Origin: an uncultured Candidatus Saccharibacteria bacterium
GTDB taxonomy: Bacteria; Patescibacteriota; Minisyncoccia; Phycocordibacterales; CAIZLB01
Assembly (NCBI GenBank): GCA_964368945.1
Contig: CAYJDM010000002.1
Span: 21,386 to 85,385 of the forward strand
Direction: 5' to 3'
Length of the DNA: 64,000 nucleotides
The notes below the pieces were generated by a model. The model was given only the letters and a program-made list of their open reading frames with translations, did not search any database and was not told where the DNA came from. Within the stretch, counting starts at the first letter, position 1; each line of letters starts with the position of its first letter. The position numbers and the translations under genes were made by a program. Positions 1-7,815 of this stretch are shown here, in pieces.

Positions 1-408
1 ACAGGCGCCCTCCCCCTCTTTGCCAGCATCTCGGCGATCTATTATATGGTGCTCTGGTATGCTTTTTTCTATTCCCTCACGATGTATACGCTGGATAGCT
101 GGATCGTAACGAATATGCGAATCATCAATAGCGTGCAGACCGGCTTTTTCAATAGGCAGATTTCAGAGCTCGCCCTCGACAAGATCCAGGACGTCTCGGT
201 TCATACCAAAGGCGCGATGGGTACTTTCATCAACTATGGCGATATCAAGGTGCAGACCGCAGGTACCGAAAAGCATTTCGTCTTTGAGCAGATTGGCAAG
301 CCTCAGGAGGTAAAGGATCAGATTATGGAGCTCGTAGCCACTAAGCGCCATGAATTCGAGCATGAATTGGGCGAAGGACTGAAGGAGCAGCTGTTTGGGG
401 AGATTTAG
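1..408 (+). CDS. Membrane-associated bacterial PH-domain (bPH_2/YdbT-like) protein, C-terminal part. The ORF is open from base 1, so the 5' end lies outside the window.
   Basis: Frame 1 is open from position 1 to the stop at 408. The motif ...NMRIINSVQTGFFNRQISELALDKIQDVSVHTKGAMGTFINYGDIKVQTAG is typical of the bPH_2 fold. Confidence 0.45.
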   Translation, partial: TGALPLFASISAIYYMVLWYAFFYSLTMYTLDSWIVTNMRIINSVQTGFFNRQISELALDKIQDVSVHTKGAMGTFINYGDIKVQTAGTEKHFVFEQIGKPQEVKDQIMELVATKRHEFEHELGEGLKEQLFGEI

Positions 409-469
409 GTTAAAACCCTACCGTGCCATTACGGTTTAATTTCAGCCTTATTTAGAGCCATCATACCTA

Positions 470-498
470 TTGACAAAGCTAGATATCGGGTGTATAAT
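470..498 (+). promoter_or_regulatory. Near-consensus sigma70-type promoter: TTGACA, 17-nt spacer, TGnTATAAT
   Basis: TTGACA sits at 470-475, the spacer is 17 nt, and an extended -10 TG-TATAAT sits at 491-498. Confidence 0.6.
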
Positions 499-586
499 GT
501 ATACATCCTGTTTTCTTTCCATTCAGACAATTCTTGATCTTTTTGCAAACGAAACAGTCCAACACCAACCTACTCAGAACACCGAT

Positions 587-925
587 ATGAACACGAATAA
601 GCCTATCGCTCAACTCGCCGCCGATGCCATCGCCAGCCAATCCCAGACACAGAGGTACGTCAACCTCCTGGACGATGCCGTAAACAACTGGATCACCGAC
701 ACCGTCATGACAGGCAAGGACATCGCGGAGAACAAGAAGTTCGAAACCGTTATCAAGATTGACAAGGAGTCTGATGCGCCGTTGGCAGAAGCGATCTGCT
801 TCCGCCTCGGGATCCTCCTGCGCCATCTCGGCTTCCGCGACATTGAAGTGGCCTCTCCTGTTGAAGCGGAACCTGGCGCGATCAAGGTCTCTGCCCTGCT
901 CCCAATACCGACTCAGAAATCCTAG
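587..925 (+). CDS. Hypothetical protein. The ORF track opens it at 470, but that ATG lies inside the promoter, so the likely start is ATG 587.
   Basis: An ORF of 113-151 aa lies downstream of a strong promoter. I recognise no family for it. Confidence 0.35.
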   Translation: MNTNKPIAQLAADAIASQSQTQRYVNLLDDAVNNWITDTVMTGKDIAENKKFETVIKIDKESDAPLAEAICFRLGILLRHLGFRDIEVASPVEAEPGAIKVSALLPIPTQKS

Positions 926-1064
926 TGGAGTAGCGACCCAAGGACATCAAGTCCCGTCCGGCACAGCCGGACGGGACTTTTCTCGTCTCAATGCTTTGCG
1001 CAAACAAAAAAACACCCAGCGAATTGCTGGATGTCTTTCAAATCTATTGAGATTCCGGAACGGA

Positions 1065-1334
1065 CTACTTCGCAGTCGCCTTTCGGACAGCTGCAGCCAA
1101 TCGAGACTTCTTTCGGTCTGCTGCACCCTTCTTGATGAGACCTGTCTTTGCAGCCTTATCCAAAGCCTTGTATGCGAGAGACAATGCTCCGGCTACGGCC
1201 TTCTTTTCTCCCTTAACCATTAATTTCTTGACGTCCTTGACGGCAACCTCGATATTCTTCTTTCGTCGAATATTGACGACTCGCTTCTTTTCAGAGCCTC
1301 GAAGCGCCTTTTTCGCTGATGATGTAATTGGCAT
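1065..1334 (-). CDS. rpsT: 30S ribosomal protein S20
   Basis: The sequence MPITSSAKKALRGSEKKRVVNIRRKK... is the Lys/Ala-rich S20 signature. The start is taken at the second Met of the ORF. Confidence 0.85.
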   Translation of the reverse strand: MPITSSAKKALRGSEKKRVVNIRRKKNIEVAVKDVKKLMVKGEKKAVAGALSLAYKALDKAAKTGLIKKGAADRKKSRLAAAVRKATAK

Positions 1335-1494
1335 ATGTACAGAGGAGATTAACACAGCTTGAGGAGATTGACAATGCTACTGGGGGATTTTTTGATTAAA
1401 AAAGGCGTAATATTGACAGTTTACATAGATATGTCATAGTAGTAATACTTTGGTAAGCACGCGTCAGGCGAAGAGCAACCGAAGTACTTGCGGG

Positions 1495-1530
1495 GGTCGG
1501 AGCGCAGCGCGCGCTCCGACCCTTTTTTAT
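1495..1530 (+). terminator. Strong intrinsic terminator: 11-bp GC-rich stem plus T6, effective on the + strand only
   Basis: The stem ggtcggagcgc / gcgctccgacc is followed by tttttt. It lies 35 nt upstream of the ruvA ATG, in the divergent rpsT/ruvA intergenic region. Confidence 0.7.
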
Positions 1531-1566
1531 TTTCATAAAAACACCATCGACTATATAATTGAGCTT

Positions 1567-2223
1567 ATGATCGCCCACCTCTCCGGAACCGTTTTATATA
1601 AAGACAATAAGCATGTCGTCGTGCAGACTGGCGGCGTAGGCTATAAGGTCTATGCTACGGAGCGCGATCTCGGCATGATGCGTATCGGCGAGCATGCGGC
1701 CATCTGGATCTATACCGCGGTCAAGGAAGATGCCCTCGACCTCTATGGCTTCATCCTCCGCGATAGCAAGGATATGTTTGATCACCTTCTCTCGATCTCC
1801 GGCGTCGGGCCAAAGACCGCGCTCAATATTTTGAATACATCAGGGCATGAGCCGATTCAGACCGCGGTGGTTACTGGCGAGATTTCATATCTGACTTCGA
1901 TTTCAGGCATTGGAAAAAAGATGGCTGAGAAAATCGTTCTGGAACTCAAGGGCAAGCTCAGCGCAATCGAGCTTATCGATCCGATCACTGGAGAAAAAAC
2001 CCTCGTCGGTCTCGGTGCTGCCGGCATGGCTGGCGCAAATGGCGCGGGCGGATACGGAGACCTTGCCGGAGCGACGCAAAGCGATATCGATACTATCGAG
2101 GCACTCAAGTCGCTCGGCTATACGCATCGCGAAGCAAAGACTGCTTTGGAGCAACTCGATACTGAGGTTCGCGCGAAGGATATTGGAGAGAAGATCAAGT
2201 TCTTGCTGAAGGTGCTGGGTTAG
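1567..2223 (+). CDS. ruvA: Holliday junction DNA helicase RuvA
   Basis: The N-terminus MIAHLSGTV...VVQTGGVGYKV, the HhH region ISGVGPKTALNIL and the C-terminal domain III all match. The start is taken at the internal Met of ORF 1450..2223. Confidence 0.9.
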   Translation: MIAHLSGTVLYKDNKHVVVQTGGVGYKVYATERDLGMMRIGEHAAIWIYTAVKEDALDLYGFILRDSKDMFDHLLSISGVGPKTALNILNTSGHEPIQTAVVTGEISYLTSISGIGKKMAEKIVLELKGKLSAIELIDPITGEKTLVGLGAAGMAGANGAGGYGDLAGATQSDIDTIEALKSLGYTHREAKTALEQLDTEVRAKDIGEKIKFLLKVLG

Positions 2224-2320
2224 CGGGCGCTATTTCTCATTCTGTTTACAAACCAAGCCTGCGAGCGTATAGTTTCCGCAGGTAAAGCAGACACAGCCAA
2301 CCCAGACATCAACTAACCGC

Positions 2321-2932
2321 ATGAGAACCTTCACAGCCGCTGGCAACAGCGTCACATATACCATTTTTAGCATCGCCGACCTCGGCGGCAACAGCATAGA
2401 CGGGGTTATCCCACGAGAAATCGTTGAAACGGTGCTCTCCAGCGGATACATGTGCATCCCCAAAGGACATTGGAAAAGCATACAAGCAAGCCTGACATTG
2501 GCTACGCCGGGATCTGGCCGATACACCCTGATTTTCCCTTTTTCGCCAGACCTCAGCTCTGGCATGGTTGCCCTGCGTCAGGCCGGTTGGATCATTGATG
2601 ATTTTTTTAGTCCTTTGGCCACCGGCGGCAGCATGTCACACCCAGCCAGCGAATGGGTCTTTATCAACATTGACGGTCCCACAAACAATCCTGGAACGAT
2701 CGCCATGACTGGAAAAATTATCAACATCGGCCTTCGAGCCGAGACATTCAAGGTCAGATTCGGCAATGAGGAAGTGGAATTCGATACCCCCTTCGACCTT
2801 GAATTCGGTTATACGCCTCAAATCGGCGACAACATCGAACGGCTCGCTGGCTTTGAAGTCAAAGACGGCCGGAAATGGAATGGCAAATGGAAAGCGACTC
2901 GCGGAGGATCCGTCGCATACGAATCACGTTGA
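2321..2932 (+). CDS. Hypothetical protein
   Basis: A 203-aa ORF is preceded by TTTACA-17nt-TATAGT at 2247-2280. It has no recognisable family. Confidence 0.4.
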   Translation: MRTFTAAGNSVTYTIFSIADLGGNSIDGVIPREIVETVLSSGYMCIPKGHWKSIQASLTLATPGSGRYTLIFPFSPDLSSGMVALRQAGWIIDDFFSPLATGGSMSHPASEWVFINIDGPTNNPGTIAMTGKIINIGLRAETFKVRFGNEEVEFDTPFDLEFGYTPQIGDNIERLAGFEVKDGRKWNGKWKATRGGSVAYESR

Positions 2933-3030
2933 TCCCTGCGCATGTGCTCACCCCTGACGAAAGAAGCCCCTGGCTCCCTGTCGTCAGGGGTATTCTTTTT
3001 ATAAAAAATACACCGTGCTATATTGCACAT

Positions 3031-4083
3031 ATGCCCGAACTCCCCGAAGTTCAAACGACCGTCAACGGCCTCAATGCCAAAGTGAAAGGCCTGATAATTC
3101 GAGATGTCTGGACGGACTATCGAAGCCCTCACCATATCGGCAAGGACAATATCAAGAATCCTGATTTCTTCGCGAAATTCCGCGATGCCGTCGTTGGCGC
3201 CAGGATCATAGGCGCTCGTCGTCGTGCAAAGAATATATTGATCGATCTCGCTCCGATTGAGAAAAAGCATGGCAAAAAATCGATCGTTACCGAGTCCAAA
3301 ACCATTCTCATTCATATGAAAATGACCGGCCATGTCATGTTCGGCGAATATGTTTTTGATAAGAAGATCGCGGCGGCGAAAGGTAGCGATCCATGGAAAG
3401 CCGCCGATCGCAATGCCGATAATCCGCTCAATGATTCTTTCAACAGGTTTATCCACTTCGTATTAACATTGGGGAAAGACAGTGGAAAAAATGGCGCGAA
3501 GTACGACGAGGACAAACAACTTGTCCTTTCCGATATGCGCAAATTCGGCAAAGTCACCCTGATCCCCACGGTGCAGACATTATACGGCGGAGAAACGCAT
3601 CCTGATCTATCGCATCTCGGACCAGAGCCTCTTGATGAAAAATTCACATTCTCCATTTTCGACAAACAGTTATCGAAGCGGCCGAATGGACCGATCAAGC
3701 AGACCTTGATGGATCAAGCGCTCATCGCGGGCGTCGGGAATATTTATTCTGATGAAATTCTCTGGAGAGCCAGCGTTCATCCCAAGAGTCAGTATGGAAA
3801 AATCCCTGCCGATGTCCGCAAGGAAATGTACAAAGCGACGAAAGAAATGCTGCGCAAAGGAATCGATTTCGGCGGAGACTCGATGTCAGATTATCGAAAT
3901 ATCGATGGCCTGCCCGGAGAATTCCAAGGCCAGCACAAGGCATACCGACGCACAGGAAAGCCTTGCGGCAAGACGGTTCTATTCAATGGCGAGAAAGTCA
4001 TATGCAATGGCATAATCAAGCGTATCGTAGTCGGCGGGCGCAGCACGCATTTCTGCGATAGGCATCAGGTGCTGTATACTTAG
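3031..4083 (+). CDS. mutM: Formamidopyrimidine-DNA glycosylase (Fpg/MutM) with an internal insertion
   Basis: The N-terminal MPELPEVQT catalytic Pro/Glu motif and the C-terminal zinc finger CGK...C-x16-C..C are both present. The protein is about 350 aa, longer than the canonical 270-290 aa. Confidence 0.85.
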   Translation: MPELPEVQTTVNGLNAKVKGLIIRDVWTDYRSPHHIGKDNIKNPDFFAKFRDAVVGARIIGARRRAKNILIDLAPIEKKHGKKSIVTESKTILIHMKMTGHVMFGEYVFDKKIAAAKGSDPWKAADRNADNPLNDSFNRFIHFVLTLGKDSGKNGAKYDEDKQLVLSDMRKFGKVTLIPTVQTLYGGETHPDLSHLGPEPLDEKFTFSIFDKQLSKRPNGPIKQTLMDQALIAGVGNIYSDEILWRASVHPKSQYGKIPADVRKEMYKATKEMLRKGIDFGGDSMSDYRNIDGLPGEFQGQHKAYRRTGKPCGKTVLFNGEKVICNGIIKRIVVGGRSTHFCDRHQVLYT

Positions 4084-4135
4084 ATCAGACAAAGATCGTT
4101 TCTTCGTCCCGAATTTCAACCAATCCCACATACTT

Positions 4136-4357
4136 ATGTTTAGACTCGTCACTCCAGATCAACCCGAAGACATGATAGACCTGACGGTCGAAATCAGTCC
4201 TGATAAAACAGCCGAGCTGCGCAAAAAGGCCGAATCCGCAGGCATATCCCTCGAAGAATATTTGGCCCACATGGTCAGAAGGTCAATACTAAATGGAGAC
4301 CTTGTAAACTTTATCAAACAGCAACTCGATGGAGAGAATATGGGCCTTGCTTCATAA
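4136..4357 (+). CDS. Small hypothetical protein, possibly a ribbon-helix-helix (CopG/ParD-like) fold
   Basis: The pattern IDLTVEISPDKTAELRKKAESAGISLEEYLAHMVRRSI reads as a beta strand followed by two helices. No toxin partner lies adjacent. Confidence 0.3.
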   Translation: MFRLVTPDQPEDMIDLTVEISPDKTAELRKKAESAGISLEEYLAHMVRRSILNGDLVNFIKQQLDGENMGLAS

Positions 4358-4465
4358 CGGCGAATGCCCCATTGCAAACCATTATATGTCCCGCCCCGGC
4401 GCAATAAGCTCGGGCGGGACAATTCTTGCCTCATTTAAAAAATGCCGCCTGGATTTGGAAAAACT

Positions 4466-5011
4466 TTATGCAAAATAAGCGATCAGATACATCGCGATCC
4501 CTCCCGCCACAGAAACATTGAGCGATTCCTTCATACCGCTCATCGGCAATTCGATGAGATGATCCATGAGCCTTTTATCCGCGGCCGTCATTCCGCTTAC
4601 TTCTTCCCCAACCACGAGAACTATGCGGGATGAAGTTTTGATCAATTTCTTGAAGCGCGAATTCGCTTCCTTGTCTTCAGGTTTTTTTGATCCCAATTTG
4701 ATGGATTTTTCATCTTGTTCTAGCCCGATAATGACAAAACCCTCCTTCTTCAGCTTCTTGATCGCCGCAGCGAGAGTCGCGGTATATTCGCTCGGAATCG
4801 CCTTTTCGGCGCCGAGGGCAGTCTTTGCGATCTCCTTCTGAGGCTTGCCCATTCGCCCGAACCTGTCGAGCAAAGGCGGCGTATGTCCGCATAAATATAC
4901 CTTTGAGAATCCGGCCCCATCCGCCGTGCGGAACAAAGAACCCACATTATGTGCGCTGCGAACATTGGGAATGACGAGCGAGAATTCCTTTCGCAATGAG
5001 TTGGATTTCAT
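4466..5011 (-). CDS. SpoU/TrmH-family RNA 2'-O-methyltransferase (SPOUT)
   Basis: The SPOUT motif LVIPNVRSAHNVGSLFRTADGAG and a C-terminal knot region (LPMSGM...ESLNVSVAGGIAMY) are present. Confidence 0.8.
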   Translation of the reverse strand: MKSNSLRKEFSLVIPNVRSAHNVGSLFRTADGAGFSKVYLCGHTPPLLDRFGRMGKPQKEIAKTALGAEKAIPSEYTATLAAAIKKLKKEGFVIIGLEQDEKSIKLGSKKPEDKEANSRFKKLIKTSSRIVLVVGEEVSGMTAADKRLMDHLIELPMSGMKESLNVSVAGGIAMYLIAYFA

Positions 5012-5085
5012 GGCTCATACTATAGCCCAATCGACCGCTATTTGTATAGACTTTTTCATACTCAGCTGGTATATTGTCCTGACAT

Positions 5086-5158
5086 GCGCCCGTAGCTCAG
5101 TCGGTAGAGCACCTGCCTTTTAAGCAGAGGGTCGTTGGTTCGATTCCAACCGGGCGCA
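5086..5158 (+). tRNA. tRNA-Lys (anticodon TTT)
   Basis: The cloverleaf shows acceptor GCGCCCG/CGGGCGC, anticodon loop cUUUUAa and T-arm GGTTCGATTCC. No CCA is encoded. Confidence 0.9.
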
Positions 5159-5164
5159 CATGCG

Positions 5165-5196
5165 AAAAAAGACTGCACTGCTGCAGTCTTTTTTCA
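5165..5196 (+). terminator. Intrinsic terminator after tRNA-Lys
   Basis: The stem aagactgca / tgcagtctt is followed by ttttt. Confidence 0.7.
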
Positions 5197-5434
5197 GTCA
5201 TGTGCGAGACGGAGCGTTACGAGCTCAGCAGAGCGAGTCGCGAGTCAGAGCCGTGAGAATTTCCGAGCGGCGGGGAGGAAATTACTCATGGCCACAGAGA
5301 ATTATCCATGACCACAACTCCAACATTCTTTTTTATCCCTGAGAAGTTGCGTTATTTATCGACCAGAATATACTTATATCAAATGGCCGCAAGGCTCGGT
5401 CTCTCGTAAGAGAGACCCACGAAATGACAAAACA

Positions 5435-5827
5435 TCAGATTAATAACCTGATGTTTTGTTTTACCTTTTCAAAGCCCTCACTCGAAATTCTCTCGATCTT
5501 GCTGTTCAGCCTTCTTGCGTCAAATAGCCTCATATGTGTTATCAGTGCAGTTATTATTTTCCCATCTTTCATGATGATCTTTTCATAAAAGACACCCTCC
5601 TTTATGGATGAAGTCAGCGGTATGCCCCAAAACAGATTTCTACTGAATTTCTTTAATATCAAGACGGGCCTACTGTAGTAATCCCCCTTCCCTTGTTCTT
5701 CGTCACCGATATTCAAGCCTATGGAGCACCACCAGATATCCCTTTCCCTAAAGAAAACCTCCCTTCTGTCGCTGAAATTGGCCAGCTTTTTATACTCATT
5801 CCATTCATCGTAATTATTCATGTCCAT
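5435..5827 (-). CDS. PemK/MazF-family toxin-like protein, an orphan with no adjacent antitoxin ORF
   Basis: The pattern RERDIWWCSIGLNIGDEEQGKGDYYSRPVLILKKF...GIPLTS...ALITHMRLFDARRL matches the PemK/MazF family (PF02452-like). Confidence 0.55.
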   Translation of the reverse strand: MDMNNYDEWNEYKKLANFSDRREVFFRERDIWWCSIGLNIGDEEQGKGDYYSRPVLILKKFSRNLFWGIPLTSSIKEGVFYEKIIMKDGKIITALITHMRLFDARRLNSKIERISSEGFEKVKQNIRLLI

Positions 5828-5945
5828 ATGCCAGATTTATACCTCTTCAGATATGAAATTTTGATCAATTCCCCATGTACGATTCCGGGAGTATAATTAA
5901 CCCGGACCCTTTTTATCCCTATTTAATCCCTAACCAATCACAAAA

Positions 5946-6455
5946 ATGAACAAAACCCCTCCCGATAAAATCGATGAGAACGGAATCGCCCATTTCGATG
6001 ACAAGAACGAGCCAATGGTTGAAGGAAAGCCGCTCGTCGAAAGAAACGTAGTCCATGTCCTTATATACAATCGCGCAACCGATGAAATGCTTTGCCTCGA
6101 CTGGGCGAACTTCGGATGGAAAATGTTCATCGTAGGCGGCATCGAGGGAGACGAGGATCCCATCCTTGCAGCAAAACGAGAAGTGACGGAAGAGACCGGC
6201 TATAAGAATCTCAAATTCATAGCGGAACTCGCCAAGACGCGATCGACATTCTTTGCAGCGCATAAGGACGTGAATCGAATCGCGAATGCGACAGGCCTCT
6301 TATTCGAATTGGAGAATGACGAGAAAGACGAGGTCAGCGAAGAAGAAAAAGCGAAGCATGCGGTAGTCTGGGTCAAAAAGGACGAAGTGTCTGACTATCT
6401 CAATGTCTCGAATCAGCATTATTTGTGGGACAAAGCCTTGCCGCTTCTAGGCTAA
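5946..6455 (+). CDS. NUDIX hydrolase
   Basis: The Nudix box GGIEGDEDPILAAKREVTEETGY is present. Confidence 0.85.
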   Translation: MNKTPPDKIDENGIAHFDDKNEPMVEGKPLVERNVVHVLIYNRATDEMLCLDWANFGWKMFIVGGIEGDEDPILAAKREVTEETGYKNLKFIAELAKTRSTFFAAHKDVNRIANATGLLFELENDEKDEVSEEEKAKHAVVWVKKDEVSDYLNVSNQHYLWDKALPLLG

Positions 6456-7315
6456 GCAGTCGCACCAGTAGCAAGCGCCATTCTCTGCAGAGCACCCTCC
6501 AAATTCAGCTTCCCCAAATGCGCCTGATGATATGACTCGATCATTTCATTCGAAAGATTGCGCAATTCGGTCTCACTCCACTTCTTGAGAAAACGAGAGC
6601 TTTTCGTCACCACATATGGCGAAAGGCTTTTTGTTTCCTTCTTTAGAATCTGAAACATCACCTTCGTCTGCCACCAGAGAGCGCCATGAATTTCTTCGGC
6701 CGCTATTTCCTGATTGGCCAATTCGGTCAGCGCATTGATTGCCTGCAGGGGGTTTTTATCAAAAAAAGCATCAGTGAATGTAAAAGACGTCACGCCTCCC
6801 TGCCCCCGCTTCGCTCCGCCAAAATTTCCACCGCCGAAACCGCTGCCACTTTTCGCGCCAAATGCAGACGGTGAAATTGTCACCTTCACATCATGAGACT
6901 CGAGCTTGTCAGAATGCTTCTTGAGCTCATCATGAATTTCAGCGAGCAGCTTGGTCTCTTTGACGCCGAGTTCCTTGCCGGTGCTTTTACCGAGCATCGC
7001 ATCCTCGACGATGATCCAGATATGATCCGATGTCTTGAGATCCGCGAGCTTCGGGATGATAATTTCCGCTGGCGTTTCGCTCTCATCGTATTTTTTCTCA
7101 GATGATCCCGTAAGGAGATTGTCCAGGAGGACTATGTATTTTGTAGAAAAAAGCCCGATCGACTGCGTCAATTCAGCGAACATGTCCGCGCTCCAGTTTT
7201 CCAAATGCAATCTATAGAGAGATGCGTCTGGACGCTTTTCCTGGAGGGTGGCGATGAGGGCGCGGCTGCGAGCTCGGTTTTTTTCTATATCTGTGCCGAA
7301 GAGGGTGTAGAGCAT
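6452..7315 (-). CDS. holA: DNA polymerase III delta subunit-like (HolA family), with a Gly-rich insertion
   Basis: The N-terminal MLYTLFGTD... and C-terminal ...HGALWWQTKVMFQILKK resemble the delta clamp-loader subunit. Confidence 0.5.
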   Translation of the reverse strand: MLYTLFGTDIEKNRARSRALIATLQEKRPDASLYRLHLENWSADMFAELTQSIGLFSTKYIVLLDNLLTGSSEKKYDESETPAEIIIPKLADLKTSDHIWIIVEDAMLGKSTGKELGVKETKLLAEIHDELKKHSDKLESHDVKVTISPSAFGAKSGSGFGGGNFGGAKRGQGGVTSFTFTDAFFDKNPLQAINALTELANQEIAAEEIHGALWWQTKVMFQILKKETKSLSPYVVTKSSRFLKKWSETELRNLSNEMIESYHQAHLGKLNLEGALQRMALATGATA

Positions 7316-7409
7316 TGCTGTGGAGTGGGGCTAATATCTGCACAGTATATCAGAAACCCCGCTTGCCTTCTGCCATGGCGGGCATACACTTATATATGGA
7401 CATATCCGG

Positions 7410-7652
7410 TTGTATATGTCCATCCAAAATCCTAATACTATGAGCGAAATTGATCGCGATAATAAAAAGGGTAAGGAAACAGCAAAACAAGAAGCGAGGG
7501 TAGAAATGCTGATAGGACAGTATGTCATCCGGTGCCTGAATCAAAGGCCACCCGACATGCAACCTTATCTGGATGCCTGCCCGACCCCTGAGCTGCGCCG
7601 CGAATTCCGCGCATGCGTAGCTATCGGTCAGCTGATGATCGCCTTGCTGTAA
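7410..7652 (+). CDS. Small hypothetical protein
   Basis: This is an 80-aa ORF only, with no family signal. Confidence 0.25.
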   Translation: MYMSIQNPNTMSEIDRDNKKGKETAKQEARVEMLIGQYVIRCLNQRPPDMQPYLDACPTPELRREFRACVAIGQLMIALL

Positions 7653-7751
7653 GCGAGAAGGCATGACGGCAATAGCCGCCGGCGCATCTCAAAAAAAGGT
7701 CAAAAAAATAATCCGAAAGTGGCGCGCATGACAAAGCCCGCCCACCTATCA

Positions 7752-7790
7752 CAACCACCCAGGGGCCCAGGCTATTGCAGCCGGGCCCCT
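7752..7790. terminator. Bidirectional hairpin terminator downstream of polA
   Basis: The stem aggggcccaggc...gccgggcccct is followed by a T-run, with an A-run on the other side. Confidence 0.55.
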
Positions 7791-7815
7791 CTCTTTTTTC
7801 AAAAAAAACGAAAAC

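Noticed and set aside
2818-3456. A 212-aa minus-strand ORF overlapping the fpg 5' region
   Set aside because: It is antisense to a confidently identified fpg. It has no motifs.
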